The notes beneath the pieces were generated by a model. The model had not been told where the DNA came from, searched no databases, and saw only the letters and a program-made list of their open reading frames with translations. DNA of 61,791 nt, counting the filler. It is 6 parts of 6 records of this genome, joined end to end, with 100 filler letters (N's around TTAATTAATTAA, not from the genome) between each part and the next. Parts side by side here need not be neighbours in the genome. Positions count along the whole stretch, not along the records: positions 11,325 to 29,766 come from SRR2962707_4165; 5 more parts are not named here. One strand, written 5' to 3'. The translations under genes were made by a program, and so were the position numbers. Positions 12,094 to 22,039 of this stretch are shown piece by piece; the first letter of the stretch is position 1, and every line of letters begins with the position of its first letter.

Positions 12094-14559
12094 ATGATGC
12101 GCATCGTCAAAGGGCTTATCAAGCTCATTCTTCTTCTTGTTCCCCTGGCGGCGATGGTTGTCGGGGCAGGAATGTTGTGGGCGTCAAGGTCGCAGGCGCC
12201 GTCAGACGGAGAGATGCAGGTCGCTGCTCTGGGCGGTGACGTGACAATCACCCGGGACCGCAACGGCGTGTCGCATATCAAGGCTAAAACTCGCGCAGAT
12301 GTTGCCGCAGGTCTTGGTTTTGCCCATGCGCAGGACCGTTTGTGGCAGATGGAAGTCAGCCGCATGGCCGGGCAGGGGCGGCTGTCGGAAATGTTTGGCG
12401 ATGCCACCGTGGGCACCGACATCTGGCTGAGAACCATGGGCATTCACGAGGCGGCAGAGGCGTCGCTCGATGTCATGGATGCCGGCACGATGGAAATGCT
12501 TGAAGGCTATGCGCGGGGCGTTAATGCCTGGATCAAGCGGACGCCGCAGGTGTTCTCTGCAAAGCTGCCGCCCGAATACCTTATCCTCGGCCATGAGCCT
12601 GAGCCGTGGCAACCGGTCGACACGCTGACCGCAATCAAGATGATGTCGATCTCGCTGGCGGAAAACCTCGGTGAAGAGGCGCTTCGGCTGGGCTTTGCCC
12701 GGATCGGACTGAGCGAGGCTGAAACGCGCGATCTCCTGCCTTACCACGATGCCGACACGCCTCCGCCGATGCCGGATCTCAACGCACTGCTCGGGCTTGA
12801 CGCCACACCCATCGGCGAGATGACGACGACCGCCGACGCCTCCGAGGCGTTTTCAGGCATCAATGGCATGTTGTCGACCGGTGCATCCAACAACTGGGTG
12901 ATTTCCGGTGAGCGCACCCTGTCCGGGATGCCGGTCCTGGCCAATGATCCGCATCTGAGCCTGATGGCGCCGTCTGTCTGGTATCTGGCGCATGTCGAGG
13001 TGACCGAGGAGTTCAATGAACCGCGGCACCTCATCGGCCCTTCGCTGCCGGGCACGCCTTTTGTGCTGCTGGGACGGGGCAATGATGTCGCCTGGGGGTT
13101 CACCAACACCGCCGCGGATGCGCAGGATGTGTTTGTCGAGCGCGTCAATCCGGACAATGCGGGCGAATATTTGACGCCGACGGGCTGGACGCCGTTCGGC
13201 AAGAAAGAAGAGATTATCAGGGTCAAGGGTGGCGCGAACCAGAGTTTTACGCGCCGCTGGACACGCCACGGGCCGGTGTTTCCGGCAAGTTACAAGAATT
13301 TCGACAAGCTGCTGCCGGCCAACACGGTGGCGGCGCTGCAATGGGTAGCGCTGGCGCATGACGACACCACGGCGATGGCCGGTGCGCGGCTGTTCGGCAT
13401 GCGGACGGTCGAGGATTTTCAGAACGGATTTGAAGCCTTCCTGACGCCGATGCAGTCGATGGTGGTAGCCGACGGTGCAGGCAATATCGGCTTCGTGGCC
13501 GCGGGCAGGGTGCCGCAGCGCGATCCGGCCAACCGGCTGATGGGCCGTGCGCCTGCACCGGGCTGGAACGCGATTTACGATTGGCGCGGCTATGCGCCCT
13601 ACAAGGATCTGCCGCGCCAGACCAATCCCGACAGCGGGTTTATTGCCACTGCCAACACCAAGATTGTCGGGCCGGACTATCCGCATCACCTGACCTTCGA
13701 CTGGGAAGAGCCCTACCGGCAGAACCGGATCGAAGCCCTGATCAACGGGGCGAACGAGAAGCACACACCAGCGATGTCGCGAAAAATGCAGGCCGATGTT
13801 TTCTCGCCCGCCTTTGCCAGCCTGAAGCCGCGCATGCTGAAAGCGCTGGAAGGGAAATCTCTGTCCCAGGCCAACAAGGACCTGGTCGCCCGTCTGGCAT
13901 CATGGGACCACACCATGGCGCGCAACGACATGGAGCCGTTGCTGTTTTTCGCCTGGGTCCGCCAGACCATGATCATGAGTTTTGAAGACGATCTCGGGTT
14001 CCTGTTCAAAGACTGGTTCAAGCTGCGCGGCAAGGTTCTCGAGCGCCTGCTCGATGGTGAGACCGCGCGCAACTGGTGCGATGTCAAATCCACCGAAACA
14101 GAGGAAAGCTGCGACCAGATTGTGGGGGAGGCGTTTGATGCGGCTGTTTCCGATCTGTCAGCCCGCTACGGCGAAGCTGCGAGCAAATGGCGGTGGGGCC
14201 AGGCACACTACGCCAAGGGCGTGCATCGCCCGTTCGGCGAAGTCAGCCTGCTCAAGCGCTTTTTCAATGTCGAAGTGGAAAGCGGCGGCGGACCGTTCAC
14301 GCTTGATCGCGGGCGCACCCAGGTTCAGGACGACGAGGATCCCTATGCCAACACCAATGCCGCCAGCTACCGCGGTATCTTCGACATGGCCGATCTGGAT
14401 CGCGCCACATATATTCAGACAACCGGCCAATCGGGCAACGTGTTCTCGGGCCATTACAGCGATTTCGCGTCGATCTGGGCCGATGTGAATTCGATCGAGA
14501 TCCCGGCGGCGGATGTGGTGGATCCGGTGGGAACCTGGACGCTTAGTCCGGCTGACTGA
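12094..14559 (+). CDS. Penicillin acylase family (S45) Ntn hydrolase with N-terminal membrane anchor
   Basis: FAHAQDRLWQM, GASNNW (beta-chain nucleophile Ser), LANDPHL, TRHGP, TTGQSG. GGAGG RBS upstream. Confidence 0.9.
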   Translation: MMRIVKGLIKLILLLVPLAAMVVGAGMLWASRSQAPSDGEMQVAALGGDVTITRDRNGVSHIKAKTRADVAAGLGFAHAQDRLWQMEVSRMAGQGRLSEMFGDATVGTDIWLRTMGIHEAAEASLDVMDAGTMEMLEGYARGVNAWIKRTPQVFSAKLPPEYLILGHEPEPWQPVDTLTAIKMMSISLAENLGEEALRLGFARIGLSEAETRDLLPYHDADTPPPMPDLNALLGLDATPIGEMTTTADASEAFSGINGMLSTGASNNWVISGERTLSGMPVLANDPHLSLMAPSVWYLAHVEVTEEFNEPRHLIGPSLPGTPFVLLGRGNDVAWGFTNTAADAQDVFVERVNPDNAGEYLTPTGWTPFGKKEEIIRVKGGANQSFTRRWTRHGPVFPASYKNFDKLLPANTVAALQWVALAHDDTTAMAGARLFGMRTVEDFQNGFEAFLTPMQSMVVADGAGNIGFVAAGRVPQRDPANRLMGRAPAPGWNAIYDWRGYAPYKDLPRQTNPDSGFIATANTKIVGPDYPHHLTFDWEEPYRQNRIEALINGANEKHTPAMSRKMQADVFSPAFASLKPRMLKALEGKSLSQANKDLVARLASWDHTMARNDMEPLLFFAWVRQTMIMSFEDDLGFLFKDWFKLRGKVLERLLDGETARNWCDVKSTETEESCDQIVGEAFDAAVSDLSARYGEAASKWRWGQAHYAKGVHRPFGEVSLLKRFFNVEVESGGGPFTLDRGRTQVQDDEDPYANTNAASYRGIFDMADLDRATYIQTTGQSGNVFSGHYSDFASIWADVNSIEIPAADVVDPVGTWTLSPAD

Positions 14560-14635
14560 GGCGTGACCACGGTTTGCCCGATTGTGGGCTGACCAGGCCA
14601 GATCCTCACCCGGGTGACTTTGGTGCTATGCGCTA

Positions 14636-15583
14636 TCAGTCGGTGCTAAGCGAACAGGCAAGATCGTCAATGCTGTGCTGGGTCACCAGCCCGCGGCTGC
14701 CGTAATTGTAGGTCGCCTCGACGATCTTGGGGTTCTTTTCAACCACCGGATAGATGATCTTCATGAAGGCGCGGAGAAGGGCGAGGATCTCACCGCGCTC
14801 GCTGATCCGGTAGATCCGCAAGCCCTGCTTGTTTACGTCGCGGGCGGGCACATCGTAGAAACCGGTAACGCTGGAGCCGTTGAACGAATAGACCCGGCTG
14901 ATCAATGGATGGGCGTAGCCTGCGTGTTGCGCCAGGCCTCCGCCCAGCGAGTGCCCCGCCGCAATGAATTCCGGCGTTCCCAGGCCCTGAAGCTCGGGGT
15001 GGTCGACAAGCAGGTTGGTGGCGACGTGATTGGCGATTGTGCGGGCCAGATCATACTGGTCCCAGCCAGGGCTGAGATATTTGGTGATCCAGTGCGCGTT
15101 GCTCCACCAGTCGCCCAAGGTCTGGGTGCCACGAAAGACCAGTGCAATCTGGACTTTTTCCGGGTTTACCCTTCGGTACCAGACGGCGTAGCTCAATTTG
15201 CCGTCCCACTTCGCCTGATCACCGATCCTGTCGTCAGGCCTGTCAGGCACGTTTTGAGAAATCGGCAACAGGGTCCAGTCCGCCAGAATGCTGTTCAGAT
15301 CACATGCCGCTACCTCGGTCTTGGGTTTCAGGCTTTCCGGGAACCGGTACACTTCAGCGCTCATGGCGGCAAAATATTTCGCTTCATAAAGGTCGGATGC
15401 GGTCGTTCCCTGCTTCAGCTCATCCACGGATTCCAGCAAGCCGGCGATCCGGGCGTAGCCCTTCTCCAAGGTTATGATGTTATAAAGTCTCACCCCAAGA
15501 ATCCAGAGGATCAGAAGCGCGAAAATGGATGTCTGATACGGATGGTTGGCAAGTCCGGATCCCAGTGCTCGAAAAAAGCCCAT
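14636..15583 (-). CDS. Lipase class 3-like alpha/beta hydrolase with an N-terminal TM helix
   Basis: LVFRGT and GHSLGG nucleophile elbow. GGGAGG RBS before the ATG at 15583. Confidence 0.8.
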   Translation of the reverse strand: MGFFRALGSGLANHPYQTSIFALLILWILGVRLYNIITLEKGYARIAGLLESVDELKQGTTASDLYEAKYFAAMSAEVYRFPESLKPKTEVAACDLNSILADWTLLPISQNVPDRPDDRIGDQAKWDGKLSYAVWYRRVNPEKVQIALVFRGTQTLGDWWSNAHWITKYLSPGWDQYDLARTIANHVATNLLVDHPELQGLGTPEFIAAGHSLGGGLAQHAGYAHPLISRVYSFNGSSVTGFYDVPARDVNKQGLRIYRISERGEILALLRAFMKIIYPVVEKNPKIVEATYNYGSRGLVTQHSIDDLACSLSTD

Positions 15584-15818
15584 GACATTTCCTCCCTTGC
15601 GCGGCGTATTCAGAAGCCGCCCCATTAATTCATGCCCCCAAACGCGTTGGAAATCGTTGATGCATGTCAAGGCAGGTGAAATCAGGTCGGGCCGTCGTTG
15701 CGTCACGCTCACGTCAAAATTTAGCGGCCGGGGTTGTGGCTTGGCTGTTTGCGATTATGTGAGGGGTCTTAAATAAGCTGCACCCGCAGCATCATTCCAT
15801 ATGTATCAAGGAACGATT

Positions 15819-16649
15819 ATGACCGATTCAAAGACCATTTCTTTTCATGACGGACATTCAATTCCGAAGCTGGGCTTCGGCATCTGGCAGATCCCGCAGA
15901 GCGAAACAGCGGCTGCGGTCGAAAGCGCGCTCAAGACCGGTTACCGGCTGATCGACGGTGCATTCATTTACGGCAATGAAGCCGGTCTCGGCGAGGGCCT
16001 GAAGAATTCCGGTGTGGCGCGGGACGACGTGTTCGTGACCACCAAGGTGTGGAACAATTCGCAAGGGACCGAGAAGGCACGCGCTTCAGTCGACCGCAGC
16101 CTGAAGAGCATAGGCGTCGATCAGCTCGATCTGGTGCTGATCCACTGGCCAGTGCCGAGCCAGGATCTCTATGTCGAGACCTGGAAGGCGCTGATCGAAA
16201 TGCGGAATGAGGGATTAATGCGCTCGATCGGCGTGTCCAATTTCAATGCCGACCATCTGACGCGTATCATCGAGGAAACCGGTGAGGCGCCTGTGCTCAA
16301 CCAGATCGAAATCAATCCTCAGCTGCAGCAGCCCGAACTGCGGGCATTCTGCGACGCGCACAAGATCGTGGCCCAGGCATGGACGCCGCTGGGCAACGGC
16401 AAGTCGTTTGAATCCGAGCCGATCAAGGCCGCCGCCGCGCGCACCGGCAAGAGCCCGGCGCAGATCGTGCTGCGCTGGCATATCCAGCTTGGGCACGCCG
16501 CAATCGCCCGTTCGGTGAACCCGGGCCGTCAGGCGGAAAACCTTGGTGTCTTCGATTTCTCACTCACCGACGGTGAGATGAAGGCCATCGAAGGCCTCGA
16601 CGTGGGCCTGCGCAACGGCCCCGATCCGTCGGTGTTCAAGATGATGTAA
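15819..16649 (+). CDS. Aldo/keto reductase (2,5-diketo-D-gluconate reductase-like)
   Basis: GYRLIDGAFIYGNE, FVTTKVW, LIHWP, IGVSNF, NQIE. Confidence 0.92.
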   Translation: MTDSKTISFHDGHSIPKLGFGIWQIPQSETAAAVESALKTGYRLIDGAFIYGNEAGLGEGLKNSGVARDDVFVTTKVWNNSQGTEKARASVDRSLKSIGVDQLDLVLIHWPVPSQDLYVETWKALIEMRNEGLMRSIGVSNFNADHLTRIIEETGEAPVLNQIEINPQLQQPELRAFCDAHKIVAQAWTPLGNGKSFESEPIKAAAARTGKSPAQIVLRWHIQLGHAAIARSVNPGRQAENLGVFDFSLTDGEMKAIEGLDVGLRNGPDPSVFKMM

Positions 16650-17068
16650 GCGGTTTCGGCTTTTCTTACAGCTTCCAGGAGAAACGCAGAAGTGCAATCG
16701 AGAGCCTTGCGGGATGCGGACGATATGACCGTTCGTATCCTGCTTTTCTGGTTACGTCGTTGATTTATGCTACATTTGCAGCGCCAAACCGGCGGGGCAG
16801 CAGGCGCAGGCGTGAGGATATTTCGCCTGGTAAACAGACAGCTGTTCAGACGCTTAACCCGGCTTGGCTTGCGTGACGGTTCTTGCCGCACGCGATGTGG
16901 CCTCTGTGTTTGGCGTCGCAAAAGAGGGTTCAGATGCGACCAAGCCCAAAGCCAACATTGTCGCAGTGACACTTTGGCAAGGTAGGCGATTGATCGCAGG
17001 CAGAACAGATCGTATGAGTTTCACCCAACTGAATACGTTCCTGGAGGTTGATTTGATGGAGAAGTGTT

Positions 17069-19117
17069 ATGCGCCCTGAGGTTGACACGCCGCAAATACC
17101 TACGGCCGCCACGACGAACTACGAACACCTTTACGGCAGGGGTTATTATGCCCACGCTGCAGGATCGACGTCATTTGATACAGCGCAATTGCCGGAAATA
17201 GTTGCCGGGCGCGCAGCTGAATTCAAGCGCGCCGTTCTCGATATTGGCGGCGGGAACGGTGTTCTTGGGCAGGCTTTGGGAGCGCTAAAAATCCGCACTG
17301 TAACGGTTGATGCCGCCGATCGTGCAGCATCGGATTATATTCGCTGTGATCTGGCGACCTATGACCCCGCTGTCGCAAACGATCTGCACCGGCGCGTAGT
17401 TGAGAACATTGGGGAGACCTATCTTTCCACATGTTTTGATGTCGCCGAGCACATCGATATCGGGCACTTGGCGGACTTCGTCCTTAATCTCGTTGCCCTT
17501 GTTGATAGCCAGCTTTTGCTCTCTGTCTCGACGCGACCGAGCTCCGCCGCTAACCGTTTCCATGCAAGTGTTCTCCCTGTCACGACATGGCAGCGGTTGT
17601 TTGCGCTCGCCGGGTTCGAATGCCAGCCGTGTGAGGACTTGCAAATCCTGCGACCCACTCGTCGCTTTTCGGGTGGGGAGGCCAATATCATTGCGGTTTC
17701 CCACTGGCAAAGACGCAATCCTTTCCAGGAGGATCACGCCGCACACCAACATTATATGCTGCTGACGCGAACTGACGCCGCGCCCCTGGAACCGGCCCAA
17801 TTGCGCGAAGCCGTTGCTGATCTGACGGACATTGCCTACCGAAAGCGAAAACGGGAAATGATCGGTGGCTTGGAGCTCCCGATTGTCAATTACCATGTCA
17901 ATTTCATCCAGGACTGGTCGTTTGTACGCTCGCTTATGGATGTGTGGCCTGCAGGACGTCTGCGTGTGACTTTGCGACGGGACATAATTGCCGAGCCCTA
18001 TCTACATATGCTTGTGGGTTTTCTCGAGCGAACCGGGTGTTCGCATGCCGTGACGTCATCGGTCACGGAAGGCATTGCCGCCATGGAGCGTTGGGGCGAT
18101 CTCGAAGACACGCTTGTCGTGACTGCGACTGAGGGACTGGCAACGATGACCCATCTTATGGGGTCTCTGCTGCTCATTGAAGCGCGAAAGCGGGGAGCCA
18201 GAACACTCAGCCTTCAGCATGGTATGTCGATCACCCGGACGTTCATGCCTGCTGCGGCGGTCGTGGGAGCCTGGGATGAGGGGAGCGTTCAAACATTGCA
18301 GGCGCTCGGATTGGACGACAGCCACGTTCGCATCGATTGCGTCGGATCGCCGAAATTTCAGGACGCGTTATTGCCGCCATCGTCTGCTGCGCTGCGTAAT
18401 CGGCTTGGTGATTTCACTGCAGCTTACGAGAAGACCATACTCATAGGCCTCAATATGCATTGGAATGTGCATCTGCATGGCACAGGCGACACGTATGACT
18501 GGATTTTGCGGACGGCCCACGAAAATTCCAAAACCCTGTTTTTGCTGCGGCCTCATCCAGATGATGCCTCCTCTTATGACGACCGGGCAGACAATTTGCC
18601 GAGCAACGTGATGATCGTGGATGAAATGCTGTTGCTCAGCATCGATTGGCCGGTTGCCCGGCTTGTTCGCGCGGTTGACGGAGTCCTGACAACCTATTCA
18701 ACGCTTGTGATCGATGCCGCAGCGGCTGGAAAGCCTGTTGTCCTGTTGCCAAAAAAATCGCCGGAAACCGGTCACACTGACATCTTTCTTCCCGAATCAA
18801 ATCCTTGGACGGAAGGTGCCAGCGAAATACCAATGTTAAGTCAGGAGGAGTGGGGCACGGGACGTTTGCCGGAAGCTTTGTCGGGCAGTTCCTTGGTGTC
18901 TGATGATGCCATTACACGCTACTTCGAACCGAGCTGGTCCAGCCTGGAACGCATTGCTCAAGTTGGAAGAAATCCCCTCCCGGGTGGGGTGGTATCTGCC
19001 GAACAGTCGGTCAATCGTGCGCTTGCAACTGCCGCCCGCGGGCTGTCCTTCGACATACATCCGCATTGGAATCGTGGGCTGATCACGCAGGCGATATACG
19101 ATTTTGTATCCAGCTGA
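17069..19117 (+). CDS. Fusion of an N-terminal class I SAM methyltransferase and a C-terminal GT-B-like (TagF/capsule-type) domain, 682 aa
   Basis: VLDIGGGNG and FDVAEHI in the N-terminal part. LQHG, LRPHP and DGVLTTYSTLVIDAAAAGKPVV in the C-terminal part. Confidence 0.65.
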   Translation: MRPEVDTPQIPTAATTNYEHLYGRGYYAHAAGSTSFDTAQLPEIVAGRAAEFKRAVLDIGGGNGVLGQALGALKIRTVTVDAADRAASDYIRCDLATYDPAVANDLHRRVVENIGETYLSTCFDVAEHIDIGHLADFVLNLVALVDSQLLLSVSTRPSSAANRFHASVLPVTTWQRLFALAGFECQPCEDLQILRPTRRFSGGEANIIAVSHWQRRNPFQEDHAAHQHYMLLTRTDAAPLEPAQLREAVADLTDIAYRKRKREMIGGLELPIVNYHVNFIQDWSFVRSLMDVWPAGRLRVTLRRDIIAEPYLHMLVGFLERTGCSHAVTSSVTEGIAAMERWGDLEDTLVVTATEGLATMTHLMGSLLLIEARKRGARTLSLQHGMSITRTFMPAAAVVGAWDEGSVQTLQALGLDDSHVRIDCVGSPKFQDALLPPSSAALRNRLGDFTAAYEKTILIGLNMHWNVHLHGTGDTYDWILRTAHENSKTLFLLRPHPDDASSYDDRADNLPSNVMIVDEMLLLSIDWPVARLVRAVDGVLTTYSTLVIDAAAAGKPVVLLPKKSPETGHTDIFLPESNPWTEGASEIPMLSQEEWGTGRLPEALSGSSLVSDDAITRYFEPSWSSLERIAQVGRNPLPGGVVSAEQSVNRALATAARGLSFDIHPHWNRGLITQAIYDFVSS

Positions 19118-19287
19118 GGGCGGGCACAACACGCCTATGGGGCAAGTTGGCGGAATTCCCGGGCGTACATGTTCACGGGATGGAACATTATTCTAAGCTG
19201 CAATAGTTACTCGGTCTGCCTCCATCTCTTCCTGGCATTAAACAGATGTCCAGTAATGGGCAGGCCCATTTCGTGACGGACAGAGAT

Positions 19288-19319
19288 GTCGCCGGCTTCC
19301 GGGCAGGAGAAGCCGGCGA
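19288..19319. terminator. Hairpin TCGCCGGCTTC...GAAGCCGGCGA between convergent genes
   Basis: 11-bp perfect inverted repeat just past the TPR gene stop. No strong U-tract. Confidence 0.45.
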
Positions 19320-19343
19320 GGGTGTTCGACCACGACAGAGGTA

Positions 19344-19877
19344 TCAGTAGCTTTCATTTATGCCGGTTTCGATTGCCTTGCGCAGCGAGGTCTCCGGCCA
19401 GCTGGCATGGCCGCCGCGGGCTTCGATCTCGGCCAGCTGTAGGCGGGCGGCATCGATGTCGCCTGCGGCCACCAGGCCCTGTCCCATGTAGGAGCGGGCC
19501 AGAATGTTGTCGGGGTCACTCTTCAATGCGGCCTGGTAATACTGCATGCCGACATATGCGCGGCCTGCCTTGCGATGGGTAAAGCCGTAATAGGTCAGCA
19601 CGCGGCTTTCCTTCTGGTCCGACATGGCGGCCAGGACATAAAGCGCCTCGCCATACTCTCCGGCATAGGCGAGTTCGCGCACGGCTGCGTAGCGTGTGTC
19701 GTCATCGAGCCGGCTTTCCTTGGCATCGACACAGGTCTTTGTCTGCTTGTCCCAGATCTTGCCGTCCTTGCAGACCTTGGTGGTCTGGGTCGGCTTGGGC
19801 GGCGAGCTGTCGGAGGACCCGGCTGCATAGGCAGCCATGGGAAATATGAGGGCGGCAGTGAGGATGAGCAGGCGCAT
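19344..19877 (-). CDS. Exported TPR-repeat protein
   Basis: Signal peptide MRLLILTAALIFPMAAYA, a Cys pair, and the TPR-like stretch VLTYYGFTHRKAG...ARSYMGQG. GGGAG RBS. Confidence 0.8.
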   Translation of the reverse strand: MRLLILTAALIFPMAAYAAGSSDSSPPKPTQTTKVCKDGKIWDKQTKTCVDAKESRLDDDTRYAAVRELAYAGEYGEALYVLAAMSDQKESRVLTYYGFTHRKAGRAYVGMQYYQAALKSDPDNILARSYMGQGLVAAGDIDAARLQLAEIEARGGHASWPETSLRKAIETGINESY

Positions 19878-19901
19878 GTTGAACTCCCTGGTTGGTGTAA
19901 T

Positions 19902-19935
19902 GAAAGGTATACGCACCGGCACGGCAGAAAATTCC
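19902..19935 (-). promoter_or_regulatory. Putative ECF sigma promoter GAAT-N17-CGTA for the TPR gene
   Basis: GAATTTTCTG...GCGTATACCTTTC on the minus strand, closely matching the divergent copy at 20035. Confidence 0.65.
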
Positions 19936-20034
19936 GGATGATCACGGTTTCGTGATGATGGCGTACCAAGTGGCTGCTTATTTCAGAATTAATGCTCATA
20001 TTTCAATGAGATATAGAAAATTCTGTTTCCGCGA

Positions 20035-20067
20035 GAATAAACTGGCAGGCACAGGCGTAACCCTTTC
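20035..20067 (+). promoter_or_regulatory. Putative ECF sigma promoter GAAT-N17-CGTA for the COG4315-type gene
   Basis: GAATAAACTG...GCGTAACCCTTTC. Confidence 0.65.
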
Positions 20068-20114
20068 GAGAGCGCCGTTGTGGCCGCTCTGCCGAATTTC
20101 AAAAGGAGCTTTCC

Positions 20115-20453
20115 ATGAAAATTGCAGCCCTCATCACGATCGCAGCCCTCGCTGCCGGATCCACCGCAGCCTACGCCGCCGACGCGCTGACCGCCAAGGA
20201 CGGCATGACGCTTTACACCTTCGACAAGGACACCGCCGGCACGTCCGTCTGCTATGACGATTGTGCGGTCAACTGGCCTCCCTATATGGCAACAGACGGC
20301 GCGGAAGTGCCCGGACTGACCATCATCGAGCGCAACGACGGCGCAAAGCAGTGGGCAAAGGACGGCAAGCCGCTTTACTTCTGGGTTGGTGATTCCGCGC
20401 CCGGCGAAACCAATGGCGATGGCGTCGGCGGTGTCTGGCACGTCGCGCACTAA
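20115..20453 (+). CDS. Secreted protein with Yx(FWY)xxD repeats (COG4315-like)
   Basis: Signal peptide, GMTLYTFDKD, CYDDCAVNWPP, GKPLYFWVGD, GDGVGGVWH. Confidence 0.85.
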   Translation: MKIAALITIAALAAGSTAAYAADALTAKDGMTLYTFDKDTAGTSVCYDDCAVNWPPYMATDGAEVPGLTIIERNDGAKQWAKDGKPLYFWVGDSAPGETNGDGVGGVWHVAH

Positions 20454-20683
20454 GCCATTTCCATAGGTTGGAGCACAAAGGCGCTCCAAGAATGCGATTT
20501 CCGGCGGGCCGCGACACCCATCATCGCGACCCGCCATTGCCAGTTTCTGGCTTGAGCAAAGACGGATTTGCAACCGTGACGGAAATGGTCATTATACGCG
20601 CGCAACCGGTGCATGCCGGCTTTCGGGGCCATTTTGCCTTGGCAGACGCTGGCCACTCCGCGGCCTGTAAAAGCGAGACAAGA

Positions 20684-21190
20684 GTGACAACGCCGGACCA
20701 GTTCAAGACCGATATGATTGGACTGTTGCCGCGATTGCGGCGGTTTGCCATGACGCTCGCCCGTTCGGTCCCTGATGCCGATGATCTTGTGCAGGAGGCC
20801 TGTGCTGCGGCGCTGCAGAAATGGCATCACTACGATCCCGCCCAACCTCTGGACCGCTGGATGTTCCGCATCATCCGTAATCTCTGGATAAGCGAGATCC
20901 GCAAGCGTCAGGTGCGGCAGGGGCAGGGCCATGTTCCCGCGGAAGAGACGACGGAGCTGCAGACCGCGGATGCCGACGAGGCGCTTGCTGCGAAGCAGGT
21001 GCAAGGCAAGGTCAGCGCCCTGCCTGCCGAACTTTCCCGGCCCTTGATGCTGGTTTGCGCGGAAGGTTACAGCTATCTGGAGGTCTCGCAGCTTTTGGAA
21101 ATTCCGGTCGGAACCGTCATGAGCCGCATTCACAGGGCAAGAAAGCTTCTGGTATCCGCGCTTGGCCAAGAGGAGGGCATCGTGACATGA
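20684..21190 (+). CDS. ECF RNA polymerase sigma factor
   Basis: LPRLRRFA, DADDLVQE, WMFRIIRN, GYSYLEVS..LEIPVGTVMSRIHRAR. A GTG start is assumed. Confidence 0.9.
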   Translation: MTTPDQFKTDMIGLLPRLRRFAMTLARSVPDADDLVQEACAAALQKWHHYDPAQPLDRWMFRIIRNLWISEIRKRQVRQGQGHVPAEETTELQTADADEALAAKQVQGKVSALPAELSRPLMLVCAEGYSYLEVSQLLEIPVGTVMSRIHRARKLLVSALGQEEGIVT

Positions 21191-21972
21191 CAGACCTCTC
21201 GACCAGGTTGAGCGCCTATCTGGATGGTGAGCTGGAGGCCGCAGACGCCCAGGCAATTGAAGCCTTGCTGGCAACAGATCCTGCCGCGCGAGCCGAGTTG
21301 GATGCGTTGATGGCGGCCGATGCCCTGGCATCCGAACAGTTCGATGCGCTGTTGATGGACCCGGTTCCCCTGGCGCTTGCACACAAGATCAAGTCATTGC
21401 CGGTCGATGGTGCTCCCCCGCGCTTTTCTGTACGCCTGATCGGGAGCGCGCTGGCCGCTGGTCTCGCCATTTTCGTCTTCGGTGGGATTGGCGGGTATTT
21501 TCTCAAGGATCAGATCGCGCCAAGCGGAACTGTCGTGGCTCAATCCGGCTGGTTGAGCGACATCGCCGATTATCATGCGGTGTATGCGAGCCAGCAGCGT
21601 CACCTGGTCGAGGTGCCGGCTGAGGAGTCTGCACATCTCGTCACATGGCTCGGTGCAACCGTCGGAGTTGAATTTTCGATTCCGGATCTCAGCGATTTCG
21701 ATCTGACTTTTGAGGGCGGGCGGCTTCTGGTCGCCAATGGCAAGCCTGTCGGCCAGCTGATGTATCGGCAGCCGGACGGCACTGTTATCGCGCTGTGTCT
21801 GCAAAGCAGCATGAGCGGCGGTGCAGTGTCTGCCCCGGAATTCAAGCAGCAGACGATCAAGGGGTTCGACTTTGTGTCGTGGAAAGCGGATGGAGCCAGC
21901 TACGTGGTTATCGGCCCTGGCGGGAAGACCGGTCTCACTGACATTGCAGCTTTGGCGGCCCGCGAAGTCTGA
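21187..21972 (+). CDS. Transmembrane anti-sigma factor
   Basis: LSAYLDGEL N-terminal domain, a single TM helix and a periplasmic GGRLL domain. ATGA overlap with the sigma gene stop. Confidence 0.88.
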   Translation: MTDLSTRLSAYLDGELEAADAQAIEALLATDPAARAELDALMAADALASEQFDALLMDPVPLALAHKIKSLPVDGAPPRFSVRLIGSALAAGLAIFVFGGIGGYFLKDQIAPSGTVVAQSGWLSDIADYHAVYASQQRHLVEVPAEESAHLVTWLGATVGVEFSIPDLSDFDLTFEGGRLLVANGKPVGQLMYRQPDGTVIALCLQSSMSGGAVSAPEFKQQTIKGFDFVSWKADGASYVVIGPGGKTGLTDIAALAAREV

Positions 21973-22039
21973 GCAGCCGCCTCAAGCTCAAAGTTTACGG
22001 AAAAGACCGGCCCACTTGATGGTTCAGCCGGTCGTTCTC

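Noticed and set aside
16650..17068. Short ORFs between the aldo/keto reductase and the fusion gene
   Set aside because: No recognisable motifs or RBS, and they conflict with each other. Left unannotated.
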